From Opitutales bacterium (lineage in GTDB: Bacteria; Verrucomicrobiota; Verrucomicrobiia; Opitutales; UBA2987), in assembly GCA_965226885.1 (NCBI GenBank), contig CBDDEL010000013.1:448001-512000 (forward strand): a DNA stretch of 64,000 bases, written 5' to 3'. Below the pieces are notes generated by a model that saw only the letters and a program-made list of their open reading frames with translations, was not told the origin of the DNA and made no database searches. Position 1 is the stretch's first letter. Every line of letters starts with the position of its first letter. Shown in pieces: positions 53,181-64,000 of this stretch. The position numbers and the translations under genes are program-made.

Positions 53181-54654
53181 CCCGGATATTTCGTAAAAAA
53201 AGTATCGTTGATATGCTTAACTGCTGATATACAGCAGGATAGATCAATAATTAAAGCAATATCAGCGATGACAAAAGGTAAACAATTAAAGCTACAGTTG
53301 ACAAGGGTAAAAGGCCGCCGTGTGCGGGTTGATTTCAAGGGCGGAGAGGTTACTTCGGATGCCGGACTGCTTTTGATCCGGGAAGTGGATCGGCAGTTGG
53401 GCTTGACCGAACGAGCGGCCCGACAGTTAGTGGACAAACGGCAGAAGGGCAAAGTACGCCATGAGGTATTGGGGATGCTGCGGCAGCGCGTTTACGGGCT
53501 GGTGGCGGGCTATGAGGATTTGAACGACTTTGATACCCTGCGCCACGATCCATTGTTGCCAACGGTAACGGGGCGCATTGAAACGTTGGCCAGCGCGCCG
53601 ACTTTGTGTCGTTTTGAAAACGGGCAGGATCGGCGGGCGGCCTTTGCGGTAAACGAGCTGTTGGTCGAACAGTTCATGGGCTCCTTTGCCGAGGAACCCG
53701 AAGAGATCATCCTGGACTTTGACGCCACCGACAATCCGGTGCACGGGCTCCAGGAGGGACGTTTTTTCCACGGTTATTATGATCATTACTGTTTTCTGCC
53801 GCTATATGTTTTTTGCGGTGATCAGCTGCTGGTGGCCTACCTGCGGCCGAGCAAGATCGATGCCAGCAAGCATGCCGGGGCCATCCTCAAATTGCTGGTT
53901 AAACGGATTCGCCAAAGCTGGCCCCGTACGCGGATTATTTGGCGCGCCGACAGTGGATTTTGTCGAGACCGGATACTCTCTTGGTGCGACCGCAACGAAG
54001 TTAGTTACATCGTGGGGATGGCTCGCAATGCACGCTTGCAGCAAGACGCCCAGCAGTTGCAAAAGCAGGCCAAAGAATGGTTCGAACTAAGGGGTAAAAA
54101 ACAACGGTTATTCCAGGACTTCGTCTATGCTGCCGATTCGTGGCGATGGCTGCGGTTGGTCATCCATAAAGCCGAACACACCGCACAGGGGTCCAACCCG
54201 CGCTTCGTGGTGACGAACCTGCCGGGCGATCCCCAGGAGCTTTACGACAAGGTATACTGTGGCCGCGGTGAAATGGAGAACCGAATCAAGGAACAGATGC
54301 AATTGTTCAGCGAGCGCACCAGCGCCCATCAATGGTGGGCCAATCAGTGCCGATTGCTCTTGTCGGCGCTGGCCTACACCTTGATGGAAGCCATGCGCCG
54401 GTTAGCCTTAAAAGGGACGAAGTGGGCGCGGGCCCAATGCCACACCCTGCGGCTCAAATTAATCAAGATCGGAGCGGTCATCGTGCGCAACACCCGAACG
54501 ATTCACTTTCACCTAAGTGAGAGTTATCCTTGGGCCAGTCTTTTCAACCATGCGGCCCGCCGATTGGTGCCAACCTAAAGGGTGCATTGGTGCTGCCCCC
54601 GGCACTACCGAACCAATGGGGGAAAGGGGGCAGTGTCTCTACACCCTGAAAAAC
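53181..54654 (+). mobile_element. IS1380 copy 4 (transposase 53268..54578), right end removed at an IS3 junction
   Basis: Left IR after ttag; sequence stops at caccctgaaaaac where IS3 begins. Confidence 0.96.
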
Positions 54655-55979
54655 TGATGTGCACTGGAAAAAGTGGACACGAGATTCTCCTAAATGGAGA
54701 ATCGAAGCATGGGAAGAAGACGCAGTATAGAGTTCAAAAATGAGGCAGTTCAACTGATGATACTCGATGGTCTGAGCGCCACCGAGGTATCGACCAAACT
54801 TGGGGTCAACACCAACCAATTGTATAGGTGGAAGAGGCTCTATCTGGACGATCAGCAGGGCGAAGCCACCTCAAAGCGACAGAGCAGTCCGAAGGAGATG
54901 GCGGCCGAGATAGATCGTCTTCGCAAAGAGCTGCGCCGCTCGGAGCGGATCAACCAGATACTAAAAAAAACGGTGGGCTACTTTGCCAAGGACGAACAAT
55001 GAAGTACCAGTTTGTCAAAGACAACGAGGGGCGCTTCAAGATCGAGGAAATATGCTCGGCGATGGGGATTTGTCGCAGTGGCTATTACTGCTGGAGGCCC
55101 CGAGCGCCCTCGGCCCGGCGGATCGAGGACGAGGGAATCAAGGGGGCGATCCTGAAGGTACACAAAGAGGCCAAGGGCCGCTATGGGCATCGGCCAATGC
55201 ACCGCCATCTGAAGGATGATGAGGGCATCGATTGCGGCCGTGACCGGGCTCTGCGTCTGATGCGTGAAATGGGAATCAAAAGCACCCAGAGTAAACGCTT
55301 TAAGCCATTAAAAACCAACAGTAACCATCCCTATGGTTACAGCCCCAATGTGCTTAAAAAGCATGGCCAGCCGACCCATATCGACGAGGTCTGGGTGGCG
55401 GACACGACCTACCTACGGACCCTGGCCGGTTGGATGTACTTGGCCACGGTGATGGACCTGTTCAGCCGACGCCTGCTGGGCTGGAGCGTTTCCAACCACA
55501 ACGACGCGAAGCTGGTTGGCAAGGCCCTCAAAGCCGCGGCCATGACCCGCGGCACACTGCGCACCGGGATTATTCATCACAGCGATCGGGGCAGCCCCTA
55601 CGCCAGCGACGACTATCAGAGGCTGGTCTCTGAACTAGGCATGAAGCCGAGCATGAGCGGCCAAGGCAACTGCTACGACAACGCGGCCATGGAATCGTTC
55701 TACGGCCGCTTCAAGACCAGCACGATTCGAGGCCGCCACTTTGCCGACGAGCGCGAACTGCGATCAACTGTCTTCGAATACGTGGAAATCTTCTACAACC
55801 GATATCGCAAACATTCCTCTCTGAGTTACCAAAGCCCAGTCCAATTCGAGGAAAATATTTGCCCCCCATGGGGGGCAACGAGAAAACAAAACCCTTTACC
55901 AAAACAAGCCGCCTGACACACTAATCAATAAACAATGAATATAAGAGAATCCCGTGTCCAACAAATCCAGTACACGTCA
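54655..55979 (+). mobile_element. IS3-family element 1, copy 2 (orfA 54694..55002, orfB to 55916)
   Basis: Near-identical to 33421..34748 with a 3-bp deletion in orfA; no matching TSD. Confidence 0.97.
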
Positions 55980-56097
55980 CCCCCCATGGGGGGCAACGAG
56001 AAAACAAAACCCTTTACCAAAACAAGCCGCCTGACACACTAATCAATAAACAATGAATATAAGAGAATCCCGTGTCCAACAAATCCAGTACACGTCA
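55980..56097 (+). repeat. Second copy of the terminal 118 bp of IS3 element 1, including the right IR
   Basis: 55862-55979 is repeated at 55980-56097. Confidence 0.95.
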
Positions 56098-57432
56098 TAG
56101 GTGAAAGTGAATCGTTCGGGTGTTGCGCACGATGACCGCTCCGATCTTGATTAATTTGAGCCGCAGGGTGTGGCATTGGGCCCGCGCCCACTTCGTCCCT
56201 TTTAAGGCTAACCGGCGCATGGCTTCCATCAAGGTGTAGGCCAGCGCCGACAAGAGCAATCGCCACTGATTGGCCCACCATTGATGGGCGCTGGTGCGCT
56301 CGCTGAACAATTGCATCTGTTCCTTGATTCGGTTCTCCATTTCACCGCGGCCACAGTATACCTTGTCGTAAAGCTCCTGGGGATCGCCCGGCAGGTTCGT
56401 CACCACGAAGCGCGGGTTGGACCCCTGTGCGGTGTGTTCGGCTTTATGGATGACCAACCGCAGCCATCGCCACGAATCGGCAGCATAGACGAAGTCCTGG
56501 AATAACCGTTGTTTTTTACCCCTTAGTTCGAACCATTCTTTGGCCTGCTTTTGCAACTGCTGGGCGTCTTGCTGCAAGCGTGCATTGCGAGCCATCCCCA
56601 CGATGTAACTAACTTCGTTGCGGTCGCACCAAGAGAGTATCCGGTCTCGACAAAATCCACTGTCGGCGCGCCAAATAATCCGCGTACGGGGCCAGCTTTG
56701 GCGAATCCGTTTAACCAGCAATTTGAGGATGGCCCCGGCATGCTTGCTGGCATCGATCTTGCTCGGCCGCAGGTAGGCCACCAGCAGCTGATCACCGCAA
56801 AAAACATATAGCGGCAGAAAACAGTAATGATCATAATAACCGTGGAAAAAACGTCCCTCCTGGAGCCCGTGCACCGGATTGTCGGTGGCGTCAAAGTCCA
56901 GGATGATCTCTTCGGGTTCCTCGGCAAAGGAGCCCATGAACTGTTCGACCAACAGCTCGTTTACCGCAAAGGCCGCCCGCCGATCCTGCCCGTTTTCAAA
57001 ACGACACAAAGTCGGCGCGCTGGCCAACGTTTCAATGCGCCCCGTTACCGTTTGCAACAATGGATCGTGGCGCAGGGTATCAAAGTCGTTCAAATCCTCA
57101 TAGCCCGCCACCAGCCCGTAAACGCGCTGCCGCAGCATCCCCAATACCTCATGGCGTACTTTGCCCTTCTGCCGTTTGTCCACTAACTGTCGGGCCGCTC
57201 GTTCGGTCAAGCCCAACTGCCGATCCACTTCCCGGATCAAAAGCAGTCCGGCATCCGAAGTAACCTCTCCGCCCTTGAAATCAACCCGCACACGGCGGCC
57301 TTTTACCCTTGTCAACTGTAGCTTTAATTGTTTACCTTTTGTCATCGCTGATATTGCTTTAATTATTGATCTATCCTGCTGTATATCAGCAGTTAAGCAT
57401 ATCAACGATACTTTTTTTACGAAATATCCGGG
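56098..57432 (-). mobile_element. IS1380 copy 5, 3'-truncated (transposase from 57345)
   Basis: Left IR ends at 57432; transposase is cut after TIHFHL by the IS3 end. Confidence 0.96.
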
Positions 57433-57533
57433 TTAGGGGTTAGGGGTTATATTGATATTTTTTTTGAGAATAGTATTGTATATTCGTTAAATACGATTGA
57501 GTAAGTGGATTTTAATTAGATAAAGAAAAAATT

Positions 57534-59132
57534 ATGGAATACAAAAAGACATTCAACGACCTTGGACTTTCAGAGAAAGCCTTGGCCGCAATTAATAAAA
57601 AGGGGTTTGAAGAGCCAACCGCAATTCAAGCTAAGACTATCCCTGTAATGCTAAGAGATGATACTAATATCATCGCTCAGGCGCAAACAGGTACCGGCAA
57701 GACCGCTGCATTTGGATTACCTCTGATAGATATGATTAATGCAGATTCCAAAGCAGTTCAGGCACTTATTCTGGTTCCGACACGAGAGCTGGCCATTCAG
57801 GTTTCAGAAGAAATCAATTCACTCAAAGGAGAGAAGAATATCAAAATAGTGCCAATATATGGCGGACAATCTATAGATCAACAGTTACGCAGGCTGAAAA
57901 AGGGTGTACATATTGTAGTTGGGACTCCTGGCAGGGTTATAGATCATCTTAACAGAAAAACACTCATGCTTGGGAAAATTGAGCATCTGATACTCGATGA
58001 AGCCGATGAAATGCTGAATATGGGTTTCATCGAAGATATGGAAGAAATAATGCAGCATACAAATCCTGGAAAAAGAACCCTATTGTTTTCTGCAACAATA
58101 CCAGGAAGGATTAAAACCCTCGCACGCAAATACATGGATGGATATGAGCTTCTCACAGTTGAGAAAGAGCAATTGACGTCGAATCTAACGGAGCAAATAT
58201 ACTTTGAGGTAAAAGCTTCTGACAAATTTGAGTCGCTATGTAGAATAATCGACATTGAAAGTAACTTTTATGCCCTGATTTTCTGCAGAACAAAAAATGA
58301 TGTTGATTCTTTAGCCTCTCATTTAATGGATAGAGGCTATGACGCCGAGGCTATTCATGGAGATTTATCGCAGGCGCAAAGAGAACGGACTCTGGGAAAA
58401 TTCAGGAAACAGACTATCAATATTCTAGTAGCAACAGATGTTGCCGCACGGGGCATTGATGTTATTAACCTCACCCACGTAATCAATTATTCACTCCCAC
58501 AAAATCCGGATTCGTATGTTCATCGCATTGGTCGTACGGGACGGGCCGGGAATGAGGGCACCGCTATTACGTTTATTACTCCTAATGAGTATAGGAAACT
58601 GATGTTCATTCAGAAAGTCGCCAAAACTGATATCAGGAAATCAAAAATACCAGAAGTAAAAGATATAATTAAAGCCAAAAAGAAAAAGATATACGATGAT
58701 TTGACTGCTATTCTTGAAGATAGAGTTGATACTAACTATTATACCTGGGCCAAGAATTTACTTGAGGATAGAAAACCGACAGAAATATTAGCTGCTATAC
58801 TGAATTATTGTTTTGAAGAAGAGTTAAATCCTGATAGCTACGGTGAAATAAAAGAAGCGGGTGGAAAAGGAAGGCAACTCGATAAACAGGGTAAGGCGAG
58901 GCTTTTTGTCGCACTTGGGAGGAAAGACAAGATTGGTGCCAGAAAACTTGTTCAACTTATTATGAGCAGAGTCTCGATTAAATCCAATCATATCAGTGAT
59001 ATACAGATAATGGATAAATTTTCTTTTATGACCGTTCCTTTTAATTATGCAGAGGAAATTGTTGTTAGTTTTAAAGAAAAGGGTCAAAAACAGCTGATCA
59101 CACTTGCCAGGAAAAATGGAAAGAGCAAATAA
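57534..59132 (+). CDS. DEAD-box RNA helicase (DeaD/CshA-like) with DbpA-type RNA-binding domain
   Basis: AQTGTGKT, PTRELA, TPGR, DEAD, SAT, HRIGRTGRAG motifs. Confidence 0.96.
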   Translation: MEYKKTFNDLGLSEKALAAINKKGFEEPTAIQAKTIPVMLRDDTNIIAQAQTGTGKTAAFGLPLIDMINADSKAVQALILVPTRELAIQVSEEINSLKGEKNIKIVPIYGGQSIDQQLRRLKKGVHIVVGTPGRVIDHLNRKTLMLGKIEHLILDEADEMLNMGFIEDMEEIMQHTNPGKRTLLFSATIPGRIKTLARKYMDGYELLTVEKEQLTSNLTEQIYFEVKASDKFESLCRIIDIESNFYALIFCRTKNDVDSLASHLMDRGYDAEAIHGDLSQAQRERTLGKFRKQTINILVATDVAARGIDVINLTHVINYSLPQNPDSYVHRIGRTGRAGNEGTAITFITPNEYRKLMFIQKVAKTDIRKSKIPEVKDIIKAKKKKIYDDLTAILEDRVDTNYYTWAKNLLEDRKPTEILAAILNYCFEEELNPDSYGEIKEAGGKGRQLDKQGKARLFVALGRKDKIGARKLVQLIMSRVSIKSNHISDIQIMDKFSFMTVPFNYAEEIVVSFKEKGQKQLITLARKNGKSK

Positions 59133-59249
59133 TCGGGTCCCCTGGACTGCATGAAGAAGCCAATTCCGGGTCTCTACCGGGCGGTTTAAAAGTGTTTCAT
59201 TTTTGGCGTTTACCTTTCCATTATTTTCCTTAGTTTGAGCGGTTTTTGT

Positions 59250-61199
59250 ATGCTTACGATTACGGCAGTTTGCAAGGCTTTTGGGGAGCGGGTCTTGTTC
59301 GATGAGGTGAAACTTCAGGTGAATCGGCAGGATCGGCTTGGTCTTGTCGGTCCTAATGGGGTAGGCAAGTCTACGCTTTTTTCCATGATTCTGGGGGAGG
59401 ATTCACCCGATGCGGGGAATGTGCTTCTGGAACGTAATGTTTCGCTCGGGTTTCTACCGCAGGAAACCGCACCAGTGGGGGAGGAAACGGTCCTCGAGTT
59501 GGCCACGGCGGTATCTCCTGAAATTGTGGAACTTCAGAAGCAGTTGAAAGCAGAGGAGGAGGACCACGATCACGAAATCGATCTCCATGACGACGCGCAT
59601 GCGCGGTTTGAGGAACTGGGCGGATATTTGCTGGAGCCGAAGGCGAAAAGGATTTTAGGAGGACTTGGTTTTCAGGTGGAGGATTTTGACCGCTCGGCCA
59701 AGGAAATGAGTGGCGGTTGGGTAATGAGGGCGTATCTGGCCCGATTACTCGTGCAGGAGCCCGATTTATTGATGCTGGACGAGCCCACCAACCACCTCGA
59801 CCTGGAAGCGTTGATCTGGTTTCAGAATTACCTCAAAAACTATTCCGGAGCGATTCTGGTAATTTCCCATGATCGTGAATTTCTCAATTTTCTGGTCAGT
59901 GGAATTGTGGAGATTCGGCAGAGCCGTTTGATTCGCTACCGGGGTAATTACGAGGATTTTCTTTTGCAGCGGGAGGCGAATGAGGCGCAATTGCTGGCGG
60001 CTTACAAAAATCAGCAACGCGAGATTGCGCAGTTGATGTCGTTTGTGACCCGTTTTCGAGCCAAGGCCACCAAGGCAACCCAGGCTCAGAGCAAGTTGAA
60101 ACAGATTGCGCGGATGGAAAAGATCGAAGCGCCCGCAGCCGACCAGCGCCGGATCAAGTTTCATTTTCCACAACCACAGCGAAGCGGCTTGAAGGTGGTC
60201 ACATTGAAGGACATCCATCAGGCTTACGGGACGAATGTGGTTTATCGGGGTATGAATTTCAAAGCCGAGCGGGGCCAGCGGATCGTTTTGGTAGGCCCAA
60301 ATGGCGCAGGAAAGTCCACTTTGATTAAAATACTGGCCGGGGTTCTGGAATTTCAAAGTGGGAGCCGCGAGTTGGGGCACAACGTCAAGGCCGGTTATTA
60401 TTCGCAGTATCGCATCGATATGCTGCAAACGAATCGGACGGTGCTGGAGGAGGCGCTGGACACCGAGCAGCGCATCACGGAACAGTTTGCCCGCAGTGTG
60501 CTGGGTTCATTTTTATTTCGAGGGGATGACGCGTTCAAAAAAGTCGGCGTCTTAAGCGGTGGTGAAAAGAGCCGTTTGGCACTGATTAAACTGCTGCTCG
60601 ATCCGCCCAATTTCCTGCTCATGGATGAGCCTACTACACACTTGGACATTCCGAGCATCGACGCCTTGCTGACGGCTCTTACCCAATACCAGGGCACGAT
60701 CATCTTTATCAGTCATGATGTGTATTTCATCCGTGCAGTGGCTGACCATGTTATCCATGTCAATGATGGCGCACTGACTCATTATGCGGGGGATTACCAG
60801 TATTACCTCGAGAAGACCGCAGCCTCATCGGAACGGGAAGCGTTGACCGCCGGTGAAAAGCGTGGGGGGGCTGGTTCAAGCAAATTTACCAAAAAGTCCA
60901 AGACTCAAAATAAAGAGCGCAAACGTATTGAAGCCGAATTGCGCCAGGCGCGCTCGCGCAAGCGAAAAAAGCATCGACATACCATCCAGCGATTGGAGAA
61001 AGATATTGAGGAGTGGGAAACGCGTCAGACTAAATTGACCACAGAACTGGAAAATCCCAAAACCTATGATGAACCGGGACGCGCCCAGGGAATCAACCGG
61101 GAATTAAGCGGTGTGGTTGGGAATCTGCAAAGCCTGACAAGTGAATGGGAGGCTGCGGTGGCAAAATTATCCGAAATTGACAGCGTTGTAGAAGCATGA
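59250..61199 (+). CDS. ABC-F family ATP-binding protein
   Basis: Two ABC domains (GPNGVGKST/MSGGW/DEPTNHLD; GPNGAGKST/LSGGEK/DEPTTHLD), no TM segments, coiled-coil tail. Confidence 0.95.
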   Translation: MLTITAVCKAFGERVLFDEVKLQVNRQDRLGLVGPNGVGKSTLFSMILGEDSPDAGNVLLERNVSLGFLPQETAPVGEETVLELATAVSPEIVELQKQLKAEEEDHDHEIDLHDDAHARFEELGGYLLEPKAKRILGGLGFQVEDFDRSAKEMSGGWVMRAYLARLLVQEPDLLMLDEPTNHLDLEALIWFQNYLKNYSGAILVISHDREFLNFLVSGIVEIRQSRLIRYRGNYEDFLLQREANEAQLLAAYKNQQREIAQLMSFVTRFRAKATKATQAQSKLKQIARMEKIEAPAADQRRIKFHFPQPQRSGLKVVTLKDIHQAYGTNVVYRGMNFKAERGQRIVLVGPNGAGKSTLIKILAGVLEFQSGSRELGHNVKAGYYSQYRIDMLQTNRTVLEEALDTEQRITEQFARSVLGSFLFRGDDAFKKVGVLSGGEKSRLALIKLLLDPPNFLLMDEPTTHLDIPSIDALLTALTQYQGTIIFISHDVYFIRAVADHVIHVNDGALTHYAGDYQYYLEKTAASSEREALTAGEKRGGAGSSKFTKKSKTQNKERKRIEAELRQARSRKRKKHRHTIQRLEKDIEEWETRQTKLTTELENPKTYDEPGRAQGINRELSGVVGNLQSLTSEWEAAVAKLSEIDSVVEA

Positions 61200-61319
61200 A
61201 AAAAGGTTGTCCACCAATGAATTACGAAAACTCTTGAGATAATGGGTCCTAAGGATAAAATACATTCTTTTCGCAACGTAATCGCCGTATGCATGCATTT
61301 CGGCATAGGATGAATTTAT

Positions 61320-64000
61320 ATGATAGGCAGAGTAATGGCATTCTTGTGGGCAGGGCTGTTTGTTTTGAACATCCCACTTTGTTTTGCGCAGGAGGAAACC
61401 ACGTCACGGCAAGAGCCGGGCAAAATCAGTGAAAACGGAATTGACCAAAACATTCGTAGCCGGACGGGCGCGCAGCAGTTGATTTTGACCAACGCTTCAA
61501 GAAAGACTGTCACCGTTGCCATTGCCGAGGACATTATCCCATTTCAGTTCGTAGATGAAGATGGAGTTGCGCGGGGCTCACTGGTCGAATTCTGGAGACT
61601 TTGGTCGGCCGTCACGGGGATTGAAGTTGTATTCAAAAGCTCTACCTGGAATGGCTCCATCCAGATGGTAAAAAACGGTGAGGCCGACTATCATGGCGGC
61701 CTGTTTTACAGTGAAGCCCGAGACCAATTCCTAGACTATACCGAACCGATCTTTACCGGGGATAATCACTTCTTTTTCCATCGAAGCATCTTTGGCCTGC
61801 AAAAGGTCGAAGACCTTGCCGGCTTCCAAATCGGTATATTGACGGGAGATTTCGCGGTCAATTATGTGCGAGAACGTCAGCCCGGAGCGCCCGTTATCGA
61901 GTACGACAATTTTGAGGGCATGATGAACGCCGCCCGCAGCGGAGAAGTGCGAATACTTGTTGGCGACACCCTCCCAATCGTCTTTCAATTAGCCCAAAAC
62001 GGCTTATCTTTCAATTAGCCCAAAACGGCTTATTGAAAGACTTTCGTTATCACCCAGAAAGTCCGATATTTGCTCGTGCCTTCCATACCGCATCAGCCGA
62101 GGGTAGGGGTGATATGGTGGAAATATTCAACCAGGGGATTGCGCTCATCCCGACCGCCCAGCGCGCCGCCATCACCGGGCGCTGGGCGGAGCCAACAATG
62201 GACAAGGAGGACGCCCTGGTGATCGCAGCGGCACTGGATTCTCCGCCGCTTACGATGCTCAATGCGCAAGGTGATCCGGCGGGTCTGTTGATCGATTTTT
62301 GGAACTTGTGGTCGGAGAAGACAGGACGGCCAGTGGAGTTCAAATTTGCGATTTGGAATGTGGCGTTGGGGTATATGCAGGATGGAAACGCACAGATTCA
62401 TTGCGGACTGGCTTTATCTGAAGAGCGTGATGTATTTATTGATTACTCCCAACCGTTTTATGGGCTCGAATACCGCTTATTCTATCCATCCGACCTTGGC
62501 CCGGTGGGCGATTTGAGCGAACTCAACGGTTTCAAAGTAGGCGCCTTTAAGGGCACCACGCAGGAGGCATATCTTCGGGAAAATTTGCCAGGGGTGGAAA
62601 CGGTTGTGTTTCTCGACGGTTTGGAGATGATTAACGCAACGATTGCCGGAGAAATCAGGGCCTTTCTGGAAGCCGCTCCCGTCACGGAGGCGTTTCTGAG
62701 CCGTCGCGGTTTGTCCGGCAGCATCACAGCCGATAGTCGCGTTCTCTATAGTGAGGATATGTTTGCCGCAGTTGTCGAGGGTGACAGCGAAATGCTCAAG
62801 TTGGTGGACGAGGGCCTCAGCGCAATCAGCATAGATGAGCTACGAGAAATCGAGCAGCGCTGGATCGCCGATCCCCAAAACCGCTATTTCGAAAGAACCG
62901 AGGGAATGGTGAGACTTACAGGTGAAGAGCGCCAATGGCTGGAAAATCATAACATCCTTCTGGGGGGCGCCGATCCGGAATTTCCTCCCTATGATTTTTT
63001 CGATGCGGAGGGCACTCATGCGGGTATTTCCTCGGATTACGTAAGGTTGATGGAGGAGCGTCTAGGTGTTGATTTTCAAGTAGTTCTCGACCTGGCGTGG
63101 ACGGACATACTGGATCGGGTAAAAGAAAAGACGCTCGATGTCGTTTACTGCATTGCGGAAACGCCGAAGCGAAAAGAATACCTCAATTTTAGCAAACCTT
63201 ACGCTAATTTTCCAATTGTTATAATTACCCGGGCTGATGAAAAATTCATCAGCGGCCTGGACGATCTGGCGGATTTGAGAGTGATGGTGGTTTCTGGTTA
63301 CTCAACACAAGAATCGATCGAAGGAGATTTTCCCGATTTAGACTTGCTGACCGCAGCCACCCCGGAAAAAGCGCTGCGAGCGGTATCGACAGGGGCGGCC
63401 GATGCTTTCGTGGCGTCGCTGGGGGTGGCCAGCTACCTCATCCAGAAGGAAGGCCTGACCAACTTGAAAGTGGCCGCGCCCACCCCTTACACGGTGGAGC
63501 TTTCCTTTGCCGTGCGCAAAGACTGGCCAGAGCTGGTCTCAATTCTGGACAAGGGGCTAGCCTCGATCTCGAAAGAGCAGCGCGATGAAATCTACCGCAA
63601 TTGGATCAGCGTGCGCTTCGACACGAAAACGGATATTGGCGAGCTGTGGCGGGTGGGCCTTCAAGTTGGGGGTGTGGCTGCCATAATTTTGGCCATCGCC
63701 CTGGTCTGGACCTTACAAATGCGGCGCAAGGAAAGAGCTATCAGGGAATCGGAAGAAGCCCTCAAAACGGTCTTCAATTCGGTTTATGACGCCGTCTTTA
63801 TCCACTCCGTGGACGGGCGCGTTATCGACGTAAACGACAAGATGCTGGAAATTTTTCAGGTAAGCCGCGAAGAGGCGGCCCAATACGGCACTTTCCTTCA
63901 TTACTCTGCTCAGGAAAACTCTTCCGAAATCCTGGAATCCCTCTTGCCCGAAGTCATGGAGGGCAAAGTTCATCGCCTGGAGTGGAAAGCGCGGCGGCCC
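61320..64000 (+). pseudogene. Sensor protein with three periplasmic solute-binding (SBP family 3) domains, TM and PAS (BvgS/EvgS-like); frameshifted, runs off the window
   Basis: 26-bp duplication 61981-62032 causes a stop at 62018; after removal the frame continues LLKDFRYH... through further SBP domains, a TM helix (about 63650-63720) and PAS (FNSVYDAVFIHSVDGRVIDVN). The kinase domain is not visible. Confidence 0.85.

Noticed and set aside
53177..57436. ttag on both sides as TSD of a composite transposon
   Set aside because: The left flank is IS1-A sequence that does not resume on the right; the match is explained by IS1380 target preference.
57431..57449. Telomere-like (ttagggg)n
   Set aside because: Only two units at an IS target site; treated as a short tandem duplication.

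Overview
Bacterial chromosomal window, probably Verrucomicrobiota (Opitutales-like); this is inferred from the style of the HU/IHF, HisS and ClpX-like proteins and is unverified. Intact core genes include menG/ubiE, a clpX-like ATPase, an HU/IHF-family gene, hisS, phoD, mog, a complete nqrABCDEF-apbE-nqrM Na+-NQR locus, a DEAD-box helicase and an ABC-F ATPase. They are interleaved with a large IS expansion: about 17 copies or fragments of six elements (two IS1, two IS3, one IS1380, one ISNCY/IS5-like), summing to about 17.9 kb (about 28% of the window). These include a triple-nested IS1-in-IS1-in-IS1 stack. Many accessory genes carry single, reconstructable lesions (IS insertions with target duplications, 7/22/26-bp tandem duplications, a TGG>TGA stop), consistent with early genome degradation. 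Best leads: (1) a CARF-like/RtcR-type sigma54 activator divergent from a sigma54 promoter driving a non-rtcB membrane protein; (2) secreted LRR proteins sharing a Trp-rich C-terminal domain, a possible sorting or anchoring module, with cassette-like LRR variation; (3) IS1 and IS3 elements needing a +1 frame change at A-runs beside -1 relatives; (4) a tandem-duplication and GCC<->GGC mutational signature; (5) a Tat-signal small protein paired with a signal-less amidase. No rRNA, tRNA or CRISPR array was found.
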